64,000 nt of DNA. It comes from Lama guanicoe (Eukaryota). Below are positions 26,305 to 39,590 of this stretch, in pieces (the first letter of the stretch is position 1; the number at the start of each line of letters is the position of its first letter). The notes under the pieces are model-generated. The model made no database searches and was not told the DNA's origin. It worked only from the letters and a program-made list of their open reading frames with translations. The position numbers and the translations under genes were made by a program. The stretch covers positions 2,997,058 through 3,061,057 of the forward strand of contig MU053487.1 of assembly GCA_013239625.1 (NCBI GenBank), read 5' to 3'.

Positions 26305-26705
26305 TGGCCTGTGATTTTTCTTCTCTTTAAATGTCCTTGTGAGGTTTTGGTATCAAGATTTTGCTGACCTCAAAAAACAAAGTGGAAAATATTATCCTCT
26401 GGAAGAATCTGTGTAAGGTTGGTGTTATTTCCTCCTTAAATATTTAGTAGATTACAAGGTGAAGCCCTTTGAGGCCAGAAATTTCTTTGTGGAATGATTT
26501 TAAAATATAGATTTAATTTGCTTAATATGTACAGGACTATTCAGATATTCTATTTCTCCTTATAAAAGGTTTGGCAAGTTTCTTTTTCCTAGGAATTTAT
26601 CTGTTTTATATGTTTTCAAAATAATGGGTGAAAGTTGTTCAAAATACCCTCTTTTTAACATCTGTGGAATCTGTAATGCTGTCCTCTTTTTTCATTCTTG
26701 ATCTT
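26305..26705 (-). mobile_element. L1 ORF2 fragment
   Basis: ggttttggtatcaagattttgctgacctca...ggactattcagatattctatttctcc is antisense L1 ORF2. Confidence 0.75.
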
Positions 26706-29700
26706 AGGTAAATTTTTTAAAAATTGAAAAAACTCAGGGTTCTTAAGGGTTTAAGGAAGACTGGTAGTATGTATCAAACATAAAATGTGAGTCTGTTTTA
26801 TCCAACTAGCCCTTTGAAGGAATTTGCCATACATGAATAATTTCACAAACTCAAAAATACTCAACACAGTGTTATCTATAGCAGCAAAAAAAAAAAAATG
26901 GAGACAAGTCAACAGGGAACAGGGAAGTAATTATGCTCTTTACATTCACTAGAGTACCTTCCGTAGTTACAAAACAGGATGGAGACGTGTAGAAAATGTG
27001 CTAGGGAGATGTTATTGCTTACAAAAAGCAGTCCCAGAAGAGCATGTCCAGTGTGGCCTCTTCTGTGTTAAACACATACTTTGGTATGTGCATGTGTACA
27101 TAAAATATAATTTGGAAGCATGGTCACGAAATTTCCAGCAGCAGTTATCTCTGGATGGTAGGTTGTTGAATAACAGTTATTTTCTTTTTGCTCTTCTGTA
27201 TTGTTTAAAGTGTTTGCATGAACGTGCATCATTTCTACAAAAATAGCAAGACTTTCTAAAGAGCTTGGCAGTAACAAGTAGATGAGAGGGTGGTAGGGGT
27301 GGGGAGTGTCAAAGCATTTTTCTTGACGGATGGAGAACAGCCAGGGAAGAAAGAGAGCTTGAAGCTGCAGTAAAGAAGGGATAATCCATTGAAGAGCAGG
27401 AGGGCCCAGATGCAGACATAGATGTTAGCCCTAAAGGGGCAGAACATTTCTTCCCAGAAAGGAGGAAAAGACAATTGAAGATAAGGAAAAGTTTTGAGCT
27501 GAAAGGAAAATGGTGCTCCTAAGACATGGTTGCCCAATTTCTTAGTGAAATGGGAGGTGGGACTCTTTGCCAGAGGTGGGGAAAATGAGAGTGGAGCAGG
27601 AGTCTTGAGGAAAGGGGTTGAGGCTCTCTGACAGAATCAACAGTAGGACAGGGATTTGATGGGGTGTGGGCAGTTGAGCTGACCTGGGGGCCTCACTGAA
27701 ACTTTTGTGAGGGAGCCTGGTGGTACAGCTGGTCCCAGGTTAGAGGGTGGCTTGGCAGGCTGAGTGGCATTTCAGAGGATGAGAGAATTCAGGATACTAA
27801 GTTGAGGTCAATTTAAGTCATCAACCTTAGAATCCAGGATGCTTGGGAGGAAACTGAATTAAGAAGAGTGCCACGGACTGGATATTTAGTTGGAATATGG
27901 ACATGCAAGAAGCATGGTCAGGGTGGGTTTTCAGAGTCTGACATGTTATATAGGAAGTTCTGCTTGGTGGCCATGGGAGTAGGGGAATGGTCATCCAAGT
28001 TGGGAGAATCAGAGGGTTGTGCTGGGAGATCCAGTGGTTTTCCTCACGGAGGGGAGCATTTCGCAGGAGGATGACAGGAATTCTTTTGGAGAAGATTTTG
28101 AGGCCTGAGATTGGCTTCAAGGATGCAAAGACTCCTCAGAGAAGCTGAAGCGAGCTGGTAGAGTCCTGGTCTGGAGCCCCTGTGGGACAGCAGGGAGTTT
28201 GTTGACCTAGTCTTGTAAGACTGGGACCCTGGGCTCCAGGAGAAGCCTCCCCTTGAGGTGGTGAGGCTTTTCAGTACAGAAGGTTGGCAGAAGGAATGCT
28301 CCAGAAGAGGAGAAGGAATACTCTACAGAAGCCTCTGAGCAAAGGGACAAGGGTGTGGGGTGCAGATAATTGGGCAAAAAATACAAGCAAGGGCTTCTAA
28401 AGAGGAGTAGACTAGCTGGAGGACAGCCTGAGCTGCAAAGGGGTGAAAATTTGTTTTCTGGTTTCCCAAAGGAAGTGCTGAACTGTATGTTTCTTTTTCT
28501 TGTCACAAAGCAATATCTGCTCACTCCAGAGAGAACAGAAACTACAGATAAGCAGAAAGCAAAAACAAGTAAACAAAAAGAGTCATAAGAACTCCTCGTC
28601 ATCCCAGAGTCCTGGAGCTTTTCCCGTTGACACATTCTCCCCTCCTGTTCCCTCTGCCGCAGATCCAGATCAAGGCCACATCAGCTCTAGAAGAAGCCTG
28701 TCCTCGGGTCACAAATGTCTCTTCCTAGCCCAGCCCCCGGGTCTGCCCCATATCCTCTAACAACCTTCCCATCCTGCAGAGGCCGCCACAGCCTTCTTCC
28801 CAAAGCACCACTTCCCACTCTTGCTTCCCTGTCTCGTTTCCACCATGTCCGACATCCTCTCCCTGGCTCTCCAGGGCTTCTGTAACCTGGAGCCATCTCC
28901 CCTCCCATGCTTGCTTCCAAACCTTTCCCTTAACATAGACATACTTTATTTCCCTCCCAGTTCGTTTCCCCGGCTCCTCACATCTGAGTCTCTGTGATGC
29001 CTGCCCTATCAGGTGGCCACCCCAGTCCCGATTCTCCCAGCTGTCAAGGCCAGAGCCCTCCTCCAGCCCATACTGACTTGTTCTTCCAGGTGCTCATCTG
29101 ACCACTCCTTTTAGGACCTCATCAGTTCTGTTTCAGTGAATACTTAGGTACAATTAGTAGGAAGCACAGGATTTAGAGATGGGAGGAGCCTAGACTCCTG
29201 ATCTCACTGAGATTCACAGAGGCCAGTAGACACCCCCGTGGTCAGCCAGCAAGCTGTTAATAGAGCTGACTAGAATCCTCATTGTCAGACCTGAATGCTA
29301 CCTGTTGAATTGAATGCTGCTTTTAAAATACAGCTTTTCTCTGATGTCTGGACATGAAGCCCCAGAGACCAAAAGCAATGGTATCAGTGCTTAGGATACA
29401 TCAGATTTCTAAACATCAAGACTTCTGAGCCCAGTAAGGGGAAGCCCTGATTTGGCAGGTCCAGAATAGGACCTGCTGCATTCAAAAGAAAACAAAACAA
29501 AAACAACTCTCTGGATGGTCCTGATGTAGGGGTCCCTCAGATCTCCCTTTGAGAAACAAAGCTCATGTCTTTGAATCTGTGTTTTCTTCTTTTCTTCTTC
29601 TTCCCTTTTTTTCCCTCTTTTTTTTTTTTTTTGCTCCCTGATTCTGTCCCTATGGACACTATTAAGCTTTCCTGAAGCTTCCCATCTCAGGAGCCCATCC

Positions 29701-30089
29701 AGATGCCCATCCAGGACGTAACAGCAAGAGTGCAGTGCTGTAGCCTGTGACCTTCTCAGGCCCGCAGTGGGCTGGGCCCAATCTGCTGTCTTCCTGACGT
29801 GCTTGGCCATTTGGCCCTGGGGGCCAAGTTATTTTGCGAAGTCCTTTCCGGCATACCTTGGCAGAAAGTTGAGTGTGGTGGAATTCTTGTTGGCAACATC
29901 CCACTTGCCAAGGTGTTTTCTGAGCACCTTCTCAAGTGTGCCTCGCCCCCCGTGGCCTGACAACAGTCCGTGTCACAAGACATCCACGTAAACCAAACCG
30001 AGACATGTGCCTGGGCTCTCTATGTCCCAGCACGTGCAGCCCAGGCCAGGGTGATGGGAGGGAGAGCCGTCTGTGTACCTTGGTTCCTC

Positions 30090-30310
30090 CATTTCTAGCT
30101 GGCTGATCTTTGACGCCCCTTCATGCCCATTTCCTCATCTCTAAAGCCAGAGCAAAAATTATAAAGTTAATTATAATGATATTATAAAAATAAAAATAAT
30201 TCCTACCTCACAGGATGGTTATGAAGATAACAAATTAATGCCTGAAAAGCCCTTGAAACAGTGTTTGGCACATAGTAAGTGTTCAGTAAGGGACTGCAAT
30301 TATTATAATT
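30090..30310 (+). mobile_element. MIR SINE
   Basis: ttcctcatctctaaa...cctacctcacaggatggttatgaagataa...tttggcacatagtaagtgttcagtaa. Confidence 0.75.
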
Positions 30311-31849
30311 ATTTCATGAAAACTGTGATGAAATAATTAGACTCTATAGAGATGACTCACTGCTCTCCATGGTTATCAGTCCAAGAGTTATCAATTCCTC
30401 CTTGTTGCATGAGCATAGATCAGAGGAATGACTAATTTTGTGGTAATTGCTCTTCCGAGTGCTGCCTGGACCTCCAAAGACAATTGAAATAGGCTATATA
30501 TTTCCTACCAATAAGGTCAAGCCTTGCATAATTTAACACCTATACAGCAGCTCAGCATTTTGGTGCTTTGGTAAGGTGGCAGTTACATAACAGGCTGCAA
30601 CCACGCAGATGAGCAGAGCCAAAGATGGGGGAGAGGGTGCTTTGAAAAGATGTGTTAGTGCTGGAGTGACAGGTGTGATGGATGAAGGGCAGGCGGCAGC
30701 TGCAGGCTTCACAGAGCTGGGGTCTGGGAGGTGCACACGTGCCCTGTGCCACTTTGGCAGATACTGTCTTGACGGGAAAACATCTCCCGACATTCACTAT
30801 CAGGCTAACACCAACAGGAGCTATTTAAGTGTGCCTTATATTAGCCACATCGCAGGTGTATTTTCTCACTCCTTGGTAGTATTTCCAAGCTAAAAGTATG
30901 ATTGCTTCAGTCTCAAAGTGATGCAAAGCCCAATCAATCTCTGAAATCATGTTTTATCAAACTTTTATGTGAAGAACTCAGCTTACAGCGTTGCCAGAGT
31001 ATCACCTTCCGGTATCGCGTTGCCAAGTTAATCTTGCTTGGTGCTTCAGACTCAGTGGTGCCATACTTCAGATTCGAAGTACAGGAGAGCTCTAGAAGGG
31101 TGTTAGAAAGCAGATTTCAGTGGCTTATTTCTGTCTGGGGATGAGAGATGCTAATGTGTGAGCATTTAGCAAATGACTTCATGTGCTTGCCACCAAAATG
31201 CTTTTTAGACTGTCCTGCTTGAGTTGTGCGATCTTCCTTTAAAAGAAGACTGGCATTTAAATAAACTGCTTGGTGTTTGTCACAACATAAGGCTCAAACT
31301 TCTAGAGACCAGAAAGCCAGTTTGTTTCTGGAACCATCTTTAGACCAAGGGTCATCCTTATCTCCCACAAGGACACAGAATAGTTCATTGGTTGGCCAAA
31401 CTTTCTGGAGCTGATGCTTAAACCGGAGTCTTTAGATTCATGGGTAGGGAGAGTGCCTGGGGCTGCTGTCAGCCAGGCCAGGCTGAAAGCTGCCCCAGTA
31501 CTTGGAGCTGCTTGGAATGAGTCCCTGGGGATGGAGGAGGCCCAGGAGAGCCTCGTTGGATGGAAATCCATAATCTTACCTGAGGGCTTTTAAAATAAAT
31601 AATGTTTTAATATTTACAAGTGGAAGCAAAATTTATCCTTTTTTGTTGCTGCCTGTCCAAGCATCATGGGAGATCAGAATGCTAGCTCGATGGCCAGGTG
31701 GCAGACAGTAGCCAGGAGGCCTTAGCCAGCTGTAACTTTCATTTATTCACTTGATACCCACTTCATGCAGGACGTGGACCATACTGTGCTGTAGAGGAAG
31801 GACAATGACTGTGAAGTCTCACTGAGCACATGCATGTAGGGCATTATTT

Positions 31850-33175
31850 TAAATATCAAACTGACATTTTTCATCATGAGGTTTTAAAAATGTAAATTAG
31901 CATATTTGAGAATAAGAAGGAGATCTTGGAAAACAAAAGGTATAACTAAACACTTTTAAAATAGAATAGAATATATAATATAATAAAATATATATAATAT
32001 ATAATAATAATATATAATAAAATGTAATAGAAGGGCTGGTAAACAAAAATCAGGGAGTTTCCAAAAGGCAAAATGAAAAGATGAGGGGCTAGAAAATAGG
32101 GGCAAAATAGTAAATAAAATTTTTAAATGGTACATCTAGGAGTTAGAATCTCTGAGTAGGAGTTCAAGCAGAAAGAAAATAGAGAGAAGGAAATTGTCAA
32201 AGAAATAATACAAGAAAAATTTCAGAACTGGAGGTCAGGAGCTTTCTATCTAGAACCCAGTACAATGAAGGAAAAAAAATTACCCAGACCAAGGCACGTT
32301 GTCATCAACATTCACGACTTCAGAAACAATGAGTTACACAGCTTTGGGGGAAACCAGTCACAAACAAATGACTGAAAATCAGAATGCTCTTCACATCAAC
32401 ACTGAGAGCTGGAAGACAGTAGAACCAAGTCAGCAAAGTTCCAAGGGAAAATTATTTTCCGTCTAGAATTGTATACTCAGACGAACTTCGAAGAAAGTGT
32501 GAGGCTAGAACAAAGACATTTTTAAATCTGCGAGGACTTAAGATTTTGCTTCCTGTGGATCCTTTTCTAGGAAACAACCAGAATAAATACTTGAAAATGA
32601 GGAAGTAAATTAAAAAAGAAAGAGAAATAGAGCCCAGAAGACAAGGAACCAATACAGGAAAGCAGCCCAGAGAAGCCCAATGTGTTTAAAATAGGCTTGG
32701 CTACTTTGGAATTCACAGATTATCTGTTGTACTTCGTCATTTGGAAAACAGTATTTACATATATAAATACTGATAGTTCAGATAGAGTGTTCGGAAAATC
32801 TGAATGTAAGTGCACAGAAAATTAAGCAAATGAAGCAAAGAGGGAAGTGTTAACTCCAACGAGGGGAAAAATTATTCAAAGGAAAAAATATCAGAGTAAA
32901 CTCCTTGATTTATCATCATAATGTAAGAGAAGGAGAAATGTGATAGATGGTGTAAAAGAGCTGAAATCTAAGCAATTATATCAGGAAGTTAATAGGTGAC
33001 AGATAGATAAACCAAGAAATGGCAATATTAACATATTATCTGGGTTTTTAAAAAAGCTAGAAGCATTGAAAGTGCTTGCCTTAAGATACTGTGCTTTCAG
33101 TATTTTTGAGCAATTTGATTTAAACTATGTGCTTTTGTTTGCTCTGATAAAAATGAAAATCAATTCAAAAGAAAA
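31850..33175 (+). mobile_element. Old L1/HAL1-like ORF1-region fragment
   Basis: A-rich; gaaattgtcaaagaaataatacaagaaaaatttcagaactgg...ccaaggcacgttgtcatc and ctagaattgtatactcag are ORF1-like. Confidence 0.6.
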
Positions 33176-34363
33176 AAAAGATCGACATTTGACCATCAGT
33201 AGGATACTCAAGCCCGCATCCTCCAAGCTTTTGTCACCACAGGCATCAGCGGCATGGTGGATGGGTGTACAAGGTCAAAGCCTCGGTCAGATCCAGGCTC
33301 TCTGTCCCCAGGTTTCTTGTCACAGGATGGCCTCCCTGTCCATGGGCAGGTGACTGGGCCGTCTCCTGCCAGAGTCATCCCAAGTTTCCAATGAGATTAT
33401 AAGGCTGAGCAGGGGTGTATGCTTCATAACAGGAAGGGAGGAAAGAGGAAGGAAGGAAGGAAGGAGAAAATCCCCTTCACAGACAAATTTAGAAAACGAT
33501 TTGCCACTTTGCTATTAAGATAGCTTCAGAGAAATTCTACCTGAAATGCACCAACCAGCTGAATATAGCATCAGATGACAGGTCAGCTTCTTTGCCACAG
33601 TGACTCCACGGTGTCCTTAGGCCAGCCCCGGGGAACAGAGTTAACCAGTTGGCACACCAGGCTATCCCATTCCCACCCTTGCTCCAGGTGGGAGTTGGGG
33701 TGTGGTACAAAGGGTTGTAGCTGGCCTGACCCAGTGATCTATGTAGAGAACACAGAATGGACCAGATTTCCCCTCATCCCCACCCCTCATCCAGGGGGTG
33801 ACCTTCTCTCCATCCTTCATCACTGCTGCCCAGAGGGGCCTTATCATAAGTCTGGGGCCTTAACCCCAGTCCAGACTGATCCATGTCTGGGCTGAGTCTG
33901 GCTAGACTTGGACCACTCAGACCACAGTGATATTCAAGCAGCCACTCACTTCTCTATACCCTATTCCTGTTGGCTAGCACTGAAAGAAGTGATCAAACAG
34001 GGAAGAGCCTTTCTACTGCTACACACAGGTGTGCAGGGCACCAGGCCAGCCACAAGCTGGGACACAGCTGTTTGTGTAGACTGGTCTGCATCGAAGCCCA
34101 CTCCGTCCTCTTCTGCCCCAGGCTTGGAGTACCATTTTACAGGGGAACTGTTCACTCAAACTCCTGGTTGGGGAGGACCGCTTGCACTTAAAATTGGTTG
34201 AGGTTTAACCTGTTTATGGAAGCATTCACCTCTGAACAGAATGTCTTTCCTTTACTTTCTAGGTAGTGAGCTATTTTTTTTAAAATCTTGTTTATTGTAG
34301 AAGTAATGCATGCTTTTAACAGATTGAAACAATATGGAACTATGTTAGAGAAAAGATGGTATA

Positions 34364-34521
34364 GGCCGCCCTTCTCTCTCTTTCTTCAGAGACGGCCCAT
34401 ACTCTGTCTATGGAGTGTGTACCTACTTTTAATCTGAGCACCTAACCCCCACACCTCTTGGCCTCTCTCTTGCCTTTCAATGTATCTCTCTGAATAAATC
34501 TACCTTCACTCAAAAAAAAAA
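34364..34521 (+). mobile_element. Polyadenylated LTR-like (ERV1/MER41-like 3' end) retrocopy with TSD
   Basis: Perfect 15-bp TSD agaaaagatggtata at 34349-34363 and 34522-34536; AATAAA at 34493-34498; A-tail from 34512. Confidence 0.75.
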
Positions 34522-34809
34522 AGAAAAGATGGTATATACGTACAACATATATATGTATGTACACATACATGTATCTTCACAAACAACTGTGACTACACGT
34601 ATATGGTTATTGTTCAAAAATGAGGTCTTATGCAATGCCGCTTTTTGTTCTGTTGACATAAATTATAGGCATCTTTTTATATCATATAGATCTGCCTCTT
34701 TCTCAGGAATATTCTTTATACCAATGTACCTTGATTTATTTAAGTCCCCTACTGATGAACATTTAAATTCTCCCAGACTTTTGATATTAATATTAGTCTT
34801 TCAGTAGCA

Positions 34810-35510
34810 CCCTTAACTCTGAAGTCAGACAGCCTTAGTTCAGATTCCAGATACTCCATTTACTTACTTTGTGACCTTTAGCAAGTTATTTAAACTCTTT
34901 GTGCCTCAGTTTCCTGATCTGTAGAATGGGAATAAAATTGTCCTCGCACTGTGCCTAGCCCACAAAAAAAGAAAAGGCTAAGTGAGACTATGTATAAAAT
35001 ATCCTTAGAATATTATAATCACGACAACTAACATTTATTGAGTACTTACTGTCAGCCAGGCGCTATGGATATCACACTGTTTTATGCATTAGCCTTATAC
35101 CACATATTTTAATATCTGCAAAGGCAAATCCTCCATCATTATTAAAGTGACGTTAGCTATTCCCATGCACTTACTCCTCCAGGTGAATTTTTAAATCCCC
35201 TTTCCACCTACCTCCCATCAATATGACAAGGGTTGTTGTTTTTTTTTTTTAATCCAGTTGGAATTTTGAAGGGTGTCTCTACTCCTAAAGGTTGCCAGAG
35301 TAGAAAGACCCTTGGACTTGAGTCAGAAAGCCCTGGATAGTCTCATGGTGTCCCTCCAAAGCCATGTGATCATGGGCAGTTGAGTTAAATTCTCTGAGCA
35401 CCTGCAGCTTTCCTACCTGTAGAATGAGAGTCAGGGGAGCTGGGGGGGGGGTGGATGTAAAGAAAACACTGGAACAGTGCCTGACACTGAAGTACGTCAC
35501 AAATGTACTT
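34810..35510. mobile_element. Cluster of MIR fragments
   Basis: gtgacctttagcaagttatttaaactctttgtgcctcagtttcctgatctgtagaatggg; aacatttattgagtacttactgt; cagctttcctacctgtagaatgag. Confidence 0.7.
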
Positions 35511-36719
35511 GCTTCTAAAGCGAATATTTTTCCCTCCTGGCCCTTTGTCCTCAGCACCATCTTCAGCACCGTCCTCAGCAGCTCTAAGGGGACAGTCAGT
35601 GACAGGAGTTTAAGAGTCAGTTAAGGAGTGTAAGAGCAAGAGCAGCAGTGAGCAAGCAGGATGAAGGCTGAGGCCCCCGCTTCCTGTGCAGGGCGAGCCG
35701 AACATTTACGACCAGTTGAAGATTAGCCAAGAGGGAGGAAAGGGAATTGGGACAAACAGAGACTGTTCCGTTGTGCCGGCATGTGCCACCAACCATGGAG
35801 TGGACTTCCTGCTGCAGGACACAGCTGACCTTTGGAGAGTCACTGTCTGGGTGAGGCTGCCCTTTAAAAGGACAGAACACAGCTGTTGTTTAGATATCAG
35901 AGGCTTGTTAATAACTGTGTTTGGCAGTCAGTTCGGGATGTTAAACAGTTTGGAAAACAGTCTTGCTTCTCGGTTTAGGGAAGGCCGGCATGAAGGGAAT
36001 CTCTGTGTCACTAGCAGGTTGCTTGGTAATCCTTTGAACAAAAATGAACACTTAGCAGCTTTAAAAAGTATTAAGAGAACTCATAAAAGTCAGAGCAGAC
36101 GTGCAGGAGAAGGTCACACTTCCAGAGCTCTCTTGGGAACTGTTTCTGGACTAACAAGTCCGACAAATGTGTTAATTCAGGTTGAGATTTCTAATGCAAA
36201 TATTGACTCAATCTCAGCCTTTGCAGTTAATTCTCAACTTGAATGTGTCCTTTCAGAATACCCTTGCCTGTCTTGTTTTCTTTCCTCATGTCTGATAGTT
36301 TGTCCACCCTTCATTTTGAACCTTAGCAGGTGAGTTTTTAATGGCAGCTCTGCATTTTTTCTCTAGATCCGAGTAACGTTCAGAGGAGTGACTATAACTA
36401 TTCCTTCATTTTCCTAATGGCATGATTGTAAGAGAGAGTCGGTTTAGACCAGGAAAGCCTGGCAGAATGTAAGTTATTCCCACTCTTGGGTCAGATTCCC
36501 TAAAACTACCTTCTTACCCAGTATTCAGTATCGAAGGAAAAACTGAAGTTGTTTTTATGTTTTCTCCCTGCTCCCCAGTTCACTTGATATTTTAATTACT
36601 GTTCATTTTAAGACATGTGTCTTCAAGTTCCTGTGAATTGGTGTGCAAACTGCTATGTGGTTAACCAAATAAATATAAAATTAAAAGTTTTGACTAAAAG
36701 ATAGAACAAATATAATGTA

Positions 36720-38110
36720 TATTTATTTCACCTTCGGTTTCAGAAGATATTTTCCCTGGATATAGAATTCCAGGTTGAAGGTTTTTTTTCCCCAGATTCT
36801 GTTACACTATCTTCTGACTTCCTTGGTTTGTGATGAAAAGTCACTCGTTCCTAGAATCATTGTCACCTTTATGTAATGTAGCATCTTTCTCTGGCTGCTT
36901 TCAAGATTTTCTTCTCTTTAGCTTTTGTTTTCTTTGTATTTGTCCTGCCTGGAGCTCACTGAGCTTCTTGAATCTGCAAATTTAGGTTTTATACCAGATT
37001 TGAAGAATTTTCAGCCACTATTTCTTCAAATATTTTTCTACTCCACTGTCTCTCATTTTTCCTTCTGAAACTACGGTTACACCTGTGGCAGACTTTTTAA
37101 TGCCCTGCAGATCTGATATTCTGTTCATTTTTTTGGTTCAGTCTTTTTTTATCTTTCCGTTCTTCATGTTGGATCGTTTCCGTCAGTTTGTCTTCAAATT
37201 CATTGACCTTTTCCTGGGTCATCTCCATTCTGTTAAGCTCGTCTTGTGATTTTTAAAAAATTTTATATGTTATATTTTTTAGTCCTAGAACTTCCAGTTA
37301 ATTCTCTTTTATAGTTTCTATTTCTCTGCCAAGATTTCCTAATTATCTCATATATTCTTTTATGCCACTGAACATAATTATGATAGATACTTAAAATTTT
37401 TATGTTATTTGCAACATCTCAGTTACCTTGGGATCACTGTTGATCATTCTTGTTTCTTAAGATTGGTTTGGATTTTCCTTTATCTTTGTACATTTAATAA
37501 CTTTGGAGTGTATTTTGAACATTGTACTATTATGTTATGAATACTGTGGCTTCTGTTGTATTCTTCTGAAGAAATTAATCAGGGTGGGGGGAGATTCTTG
37601 TTTATTTTGTTTTTTGCCTTAGACATCAGCTTGGTTGAACTAAAACCACAAACTGTCTTGGGCAGCACCTCAGTTCTTGGCTCAGTTATTTTATCCTTAG
37701 CCAGGTTGCTTAGAGCCTGCCCCATACATGCTTGGTTCAGGAATCACCCAGAAATTGGGCCGAGTTTTTACACAGAATTTGAGGCGCTCTCTTTCTGGCT
37801 CTATAATCTCTGGGATTCCCTCTTTACTTTCCAGTGGCTCTGACTGTCCTGAAATCTGTCCTCTGAGGACTGCACCTTTCTGTTGAAGTTCTATCCACTG
37901 CAGCCTGTTACCAGGCTAAAAGCCATAAAATTGAGAAACACATCTAAATCTATTCCCTTCTTCCAAATGTCAGCCCTCTCCCAGAGTCTGCCTACTTTCT
38001 GTCTTTCTACAGTGCTCTCAGGGAGTTGTTTTTCACATTCTTCCCTAGAGTTTATGGTTATTTTCTCCAGGAGAACCAGTCCAGTAGAAGCTGGCCATAC
38101 TAGGAATAGA
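36720..38110 (-). mobile_element. Old L1 ORF1/5' region
   Basis: gaagatattttccctggatatagaattccagg...tctctggctgctttcaagattttc...gagcttcttgaatctgc is antisense L1 ORF1. Confidence 0.75.
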
Positions 38111-38938
38111 ACCAAAAACATGCTTTTTAAAGAACATTTAAAATGCAAGCTGCTCCTTCCCATAATTAGTTCAGATCAGCTAGTTTGAAAAATATAAGTA
38201 GATAAAGATATGGAACTAGAAGACTTCTGGAGGAAACTTATTTTTAGGGTCTTGGTAAACAACACTACTATTAATACCCAAATAAGCAACATAGTTCACA
38301 TATCCTTCAACATATTAATGAGACACCAAAAGCTGCTTTGCAGATCTTTTAGTCAAAACTTTTTATTTCATTCCAGCCAAGTAAAAGTTGCTATGCAGCA
38401 ACTTACATACCAATTCACAGAATTAAAGGGAGAGACAAAAAATTCCTCAATCAAAATTGGAGTTTTTTCCACTGTCAGCAATTGATAAAACAGTTATACA
38501 AAAGTAAAAATCAGTAAAGGCACAGATGAATGCTTAAACCAAATTGATATTTATAGAATACTAAATTCAACAACAACAGAATACACATTCTTTCAAAATG
38601 CACATGATATGTTTACCAAGTTGGTCAAAATCCTGGACCATAAAACAAGTCTCAATAAGTTGAAAAGTGTGTGATATGTAGAGAGAATATGGTATATCTT
38701 CTGACCACAGTAGAATTAAATTAGAAATTAATAACAGAAATTTATCTAGGGACACCCCACCAACACACTTGTATATAATCCATGGCTCAAAGAAGAAATC
38801 ACAAGGTATTAGGAAATATTTTTAACTAAATGATAATGAAAATACAACAAATAAAAATTTGTAGGATACAGCTAAAGCAGCACATAGAGGAAATTTTATA
38901 GCTTTAAATGTTTGTGTTAGAAAAAGGAAAGGTCTTAA

Positions 38939-39145
38939 ATGTGCTGTCTAGTAGAGCTTTCTGTGATGTTGAAAGTGTTCTGTATGTGTGTTGTCCAGTC
39001 TGGTAGCCACTAGTCATGTGTGGCTATTAAGTACTTGAAATGTGGCTAGTGTAACTAAGGAATTGAATTTTTAATTTGTTTAATTTAAGTTGGTATACAT
39101 TTAGATACCTACATGTGGTTATTGGCTACCATATTGGACAACAAG
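38939..39145. mobile_element. MER3-like hAT DNA transposon (MITE)
   Basis: gtgctgtc...ggtagccactagtcatgtgtggctattaagtacttgaaatgtggctag...ggctaccatattggaca; 8-bp TSD ggtcttaa 38931-38938 / ggtctaaa 39146-39153. Confidence 0.85.
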
Positions 39146-39169
39146 GGTCTAAAATTCAGTAACCAAAGG

Positions 39170-39174
<5 letters not shown>

Positions 39175-39247
<73 letters not shown>
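39175..39247. repeat. Compound (CT)n(AT)n(AC)n microsatellite
   Basis: Directly visible. Confidence 0.95.
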
Positions 39248-39251
<4 letters not shown>

Positions 39252-39441
39252 AAGTAATAAGGATACAATAAAGATAATAAATCAAGGAGCTGAAATGGAG
39301 ACAAAAAATGGAGAAAATCCGTAAATCCAAATGCTTGGTCTTTCAAAAGATCAGTAACATTTATTAAATATAGAGAGAGCACAGATTAGCAATATCCAGA
39401 ATAAGAGAGGGGTTATCAATCCTACAGACATTGAAAAACTA

Positions 39442-39590
39442 GGGTGAAGGGTATAGCTCAGTAGTAGAGTGCATGCTTAGCATGCATGAGGTCCTGGGTT
39501 CAATCCCCAGTACCTCCATTAAAAATAAATAAATAAACAGAGTTACCTCCTCCCCCCAAATAAAAATGTTTTTAAAAAGAAAAAAAAACA
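39442..39590 (+). mobile_element. tRNA-derived SINE (Vic-1-like)
   Basis: A-box tagctcagtag, arm tgcatgcttagcatgca, B-box ggttcaatcc, A-rich tail with ttacctcctcccccc. Confidence 0.9.

Noticed and set aside
31965..32030. AT-only low-complexity tract
   Set aside because: Degenerate (TA)n expansion within an old LINE.
34241..34271. Strong acceptor followed by GTAGTGAGC (recursive site or 3-nt exon); similar AG|GT at about 25665 and 35182
   Set aside because: Donor halves are weak, and such motifs are expected by chance in a 56-kb intron.
35686..36333. 215-aa ORF
   Set aside because: Non-ATG start, intronic, no recognisable homology.
39442..39520. tRNA-Ala(AGC)-like sequence (also near 11530-11600 and 60130-60208)
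   Set aside because: A-rich tails, TSDs on two of the copies and no proper acceptor stem or terminator indicate SINEs, not tRNA genes.
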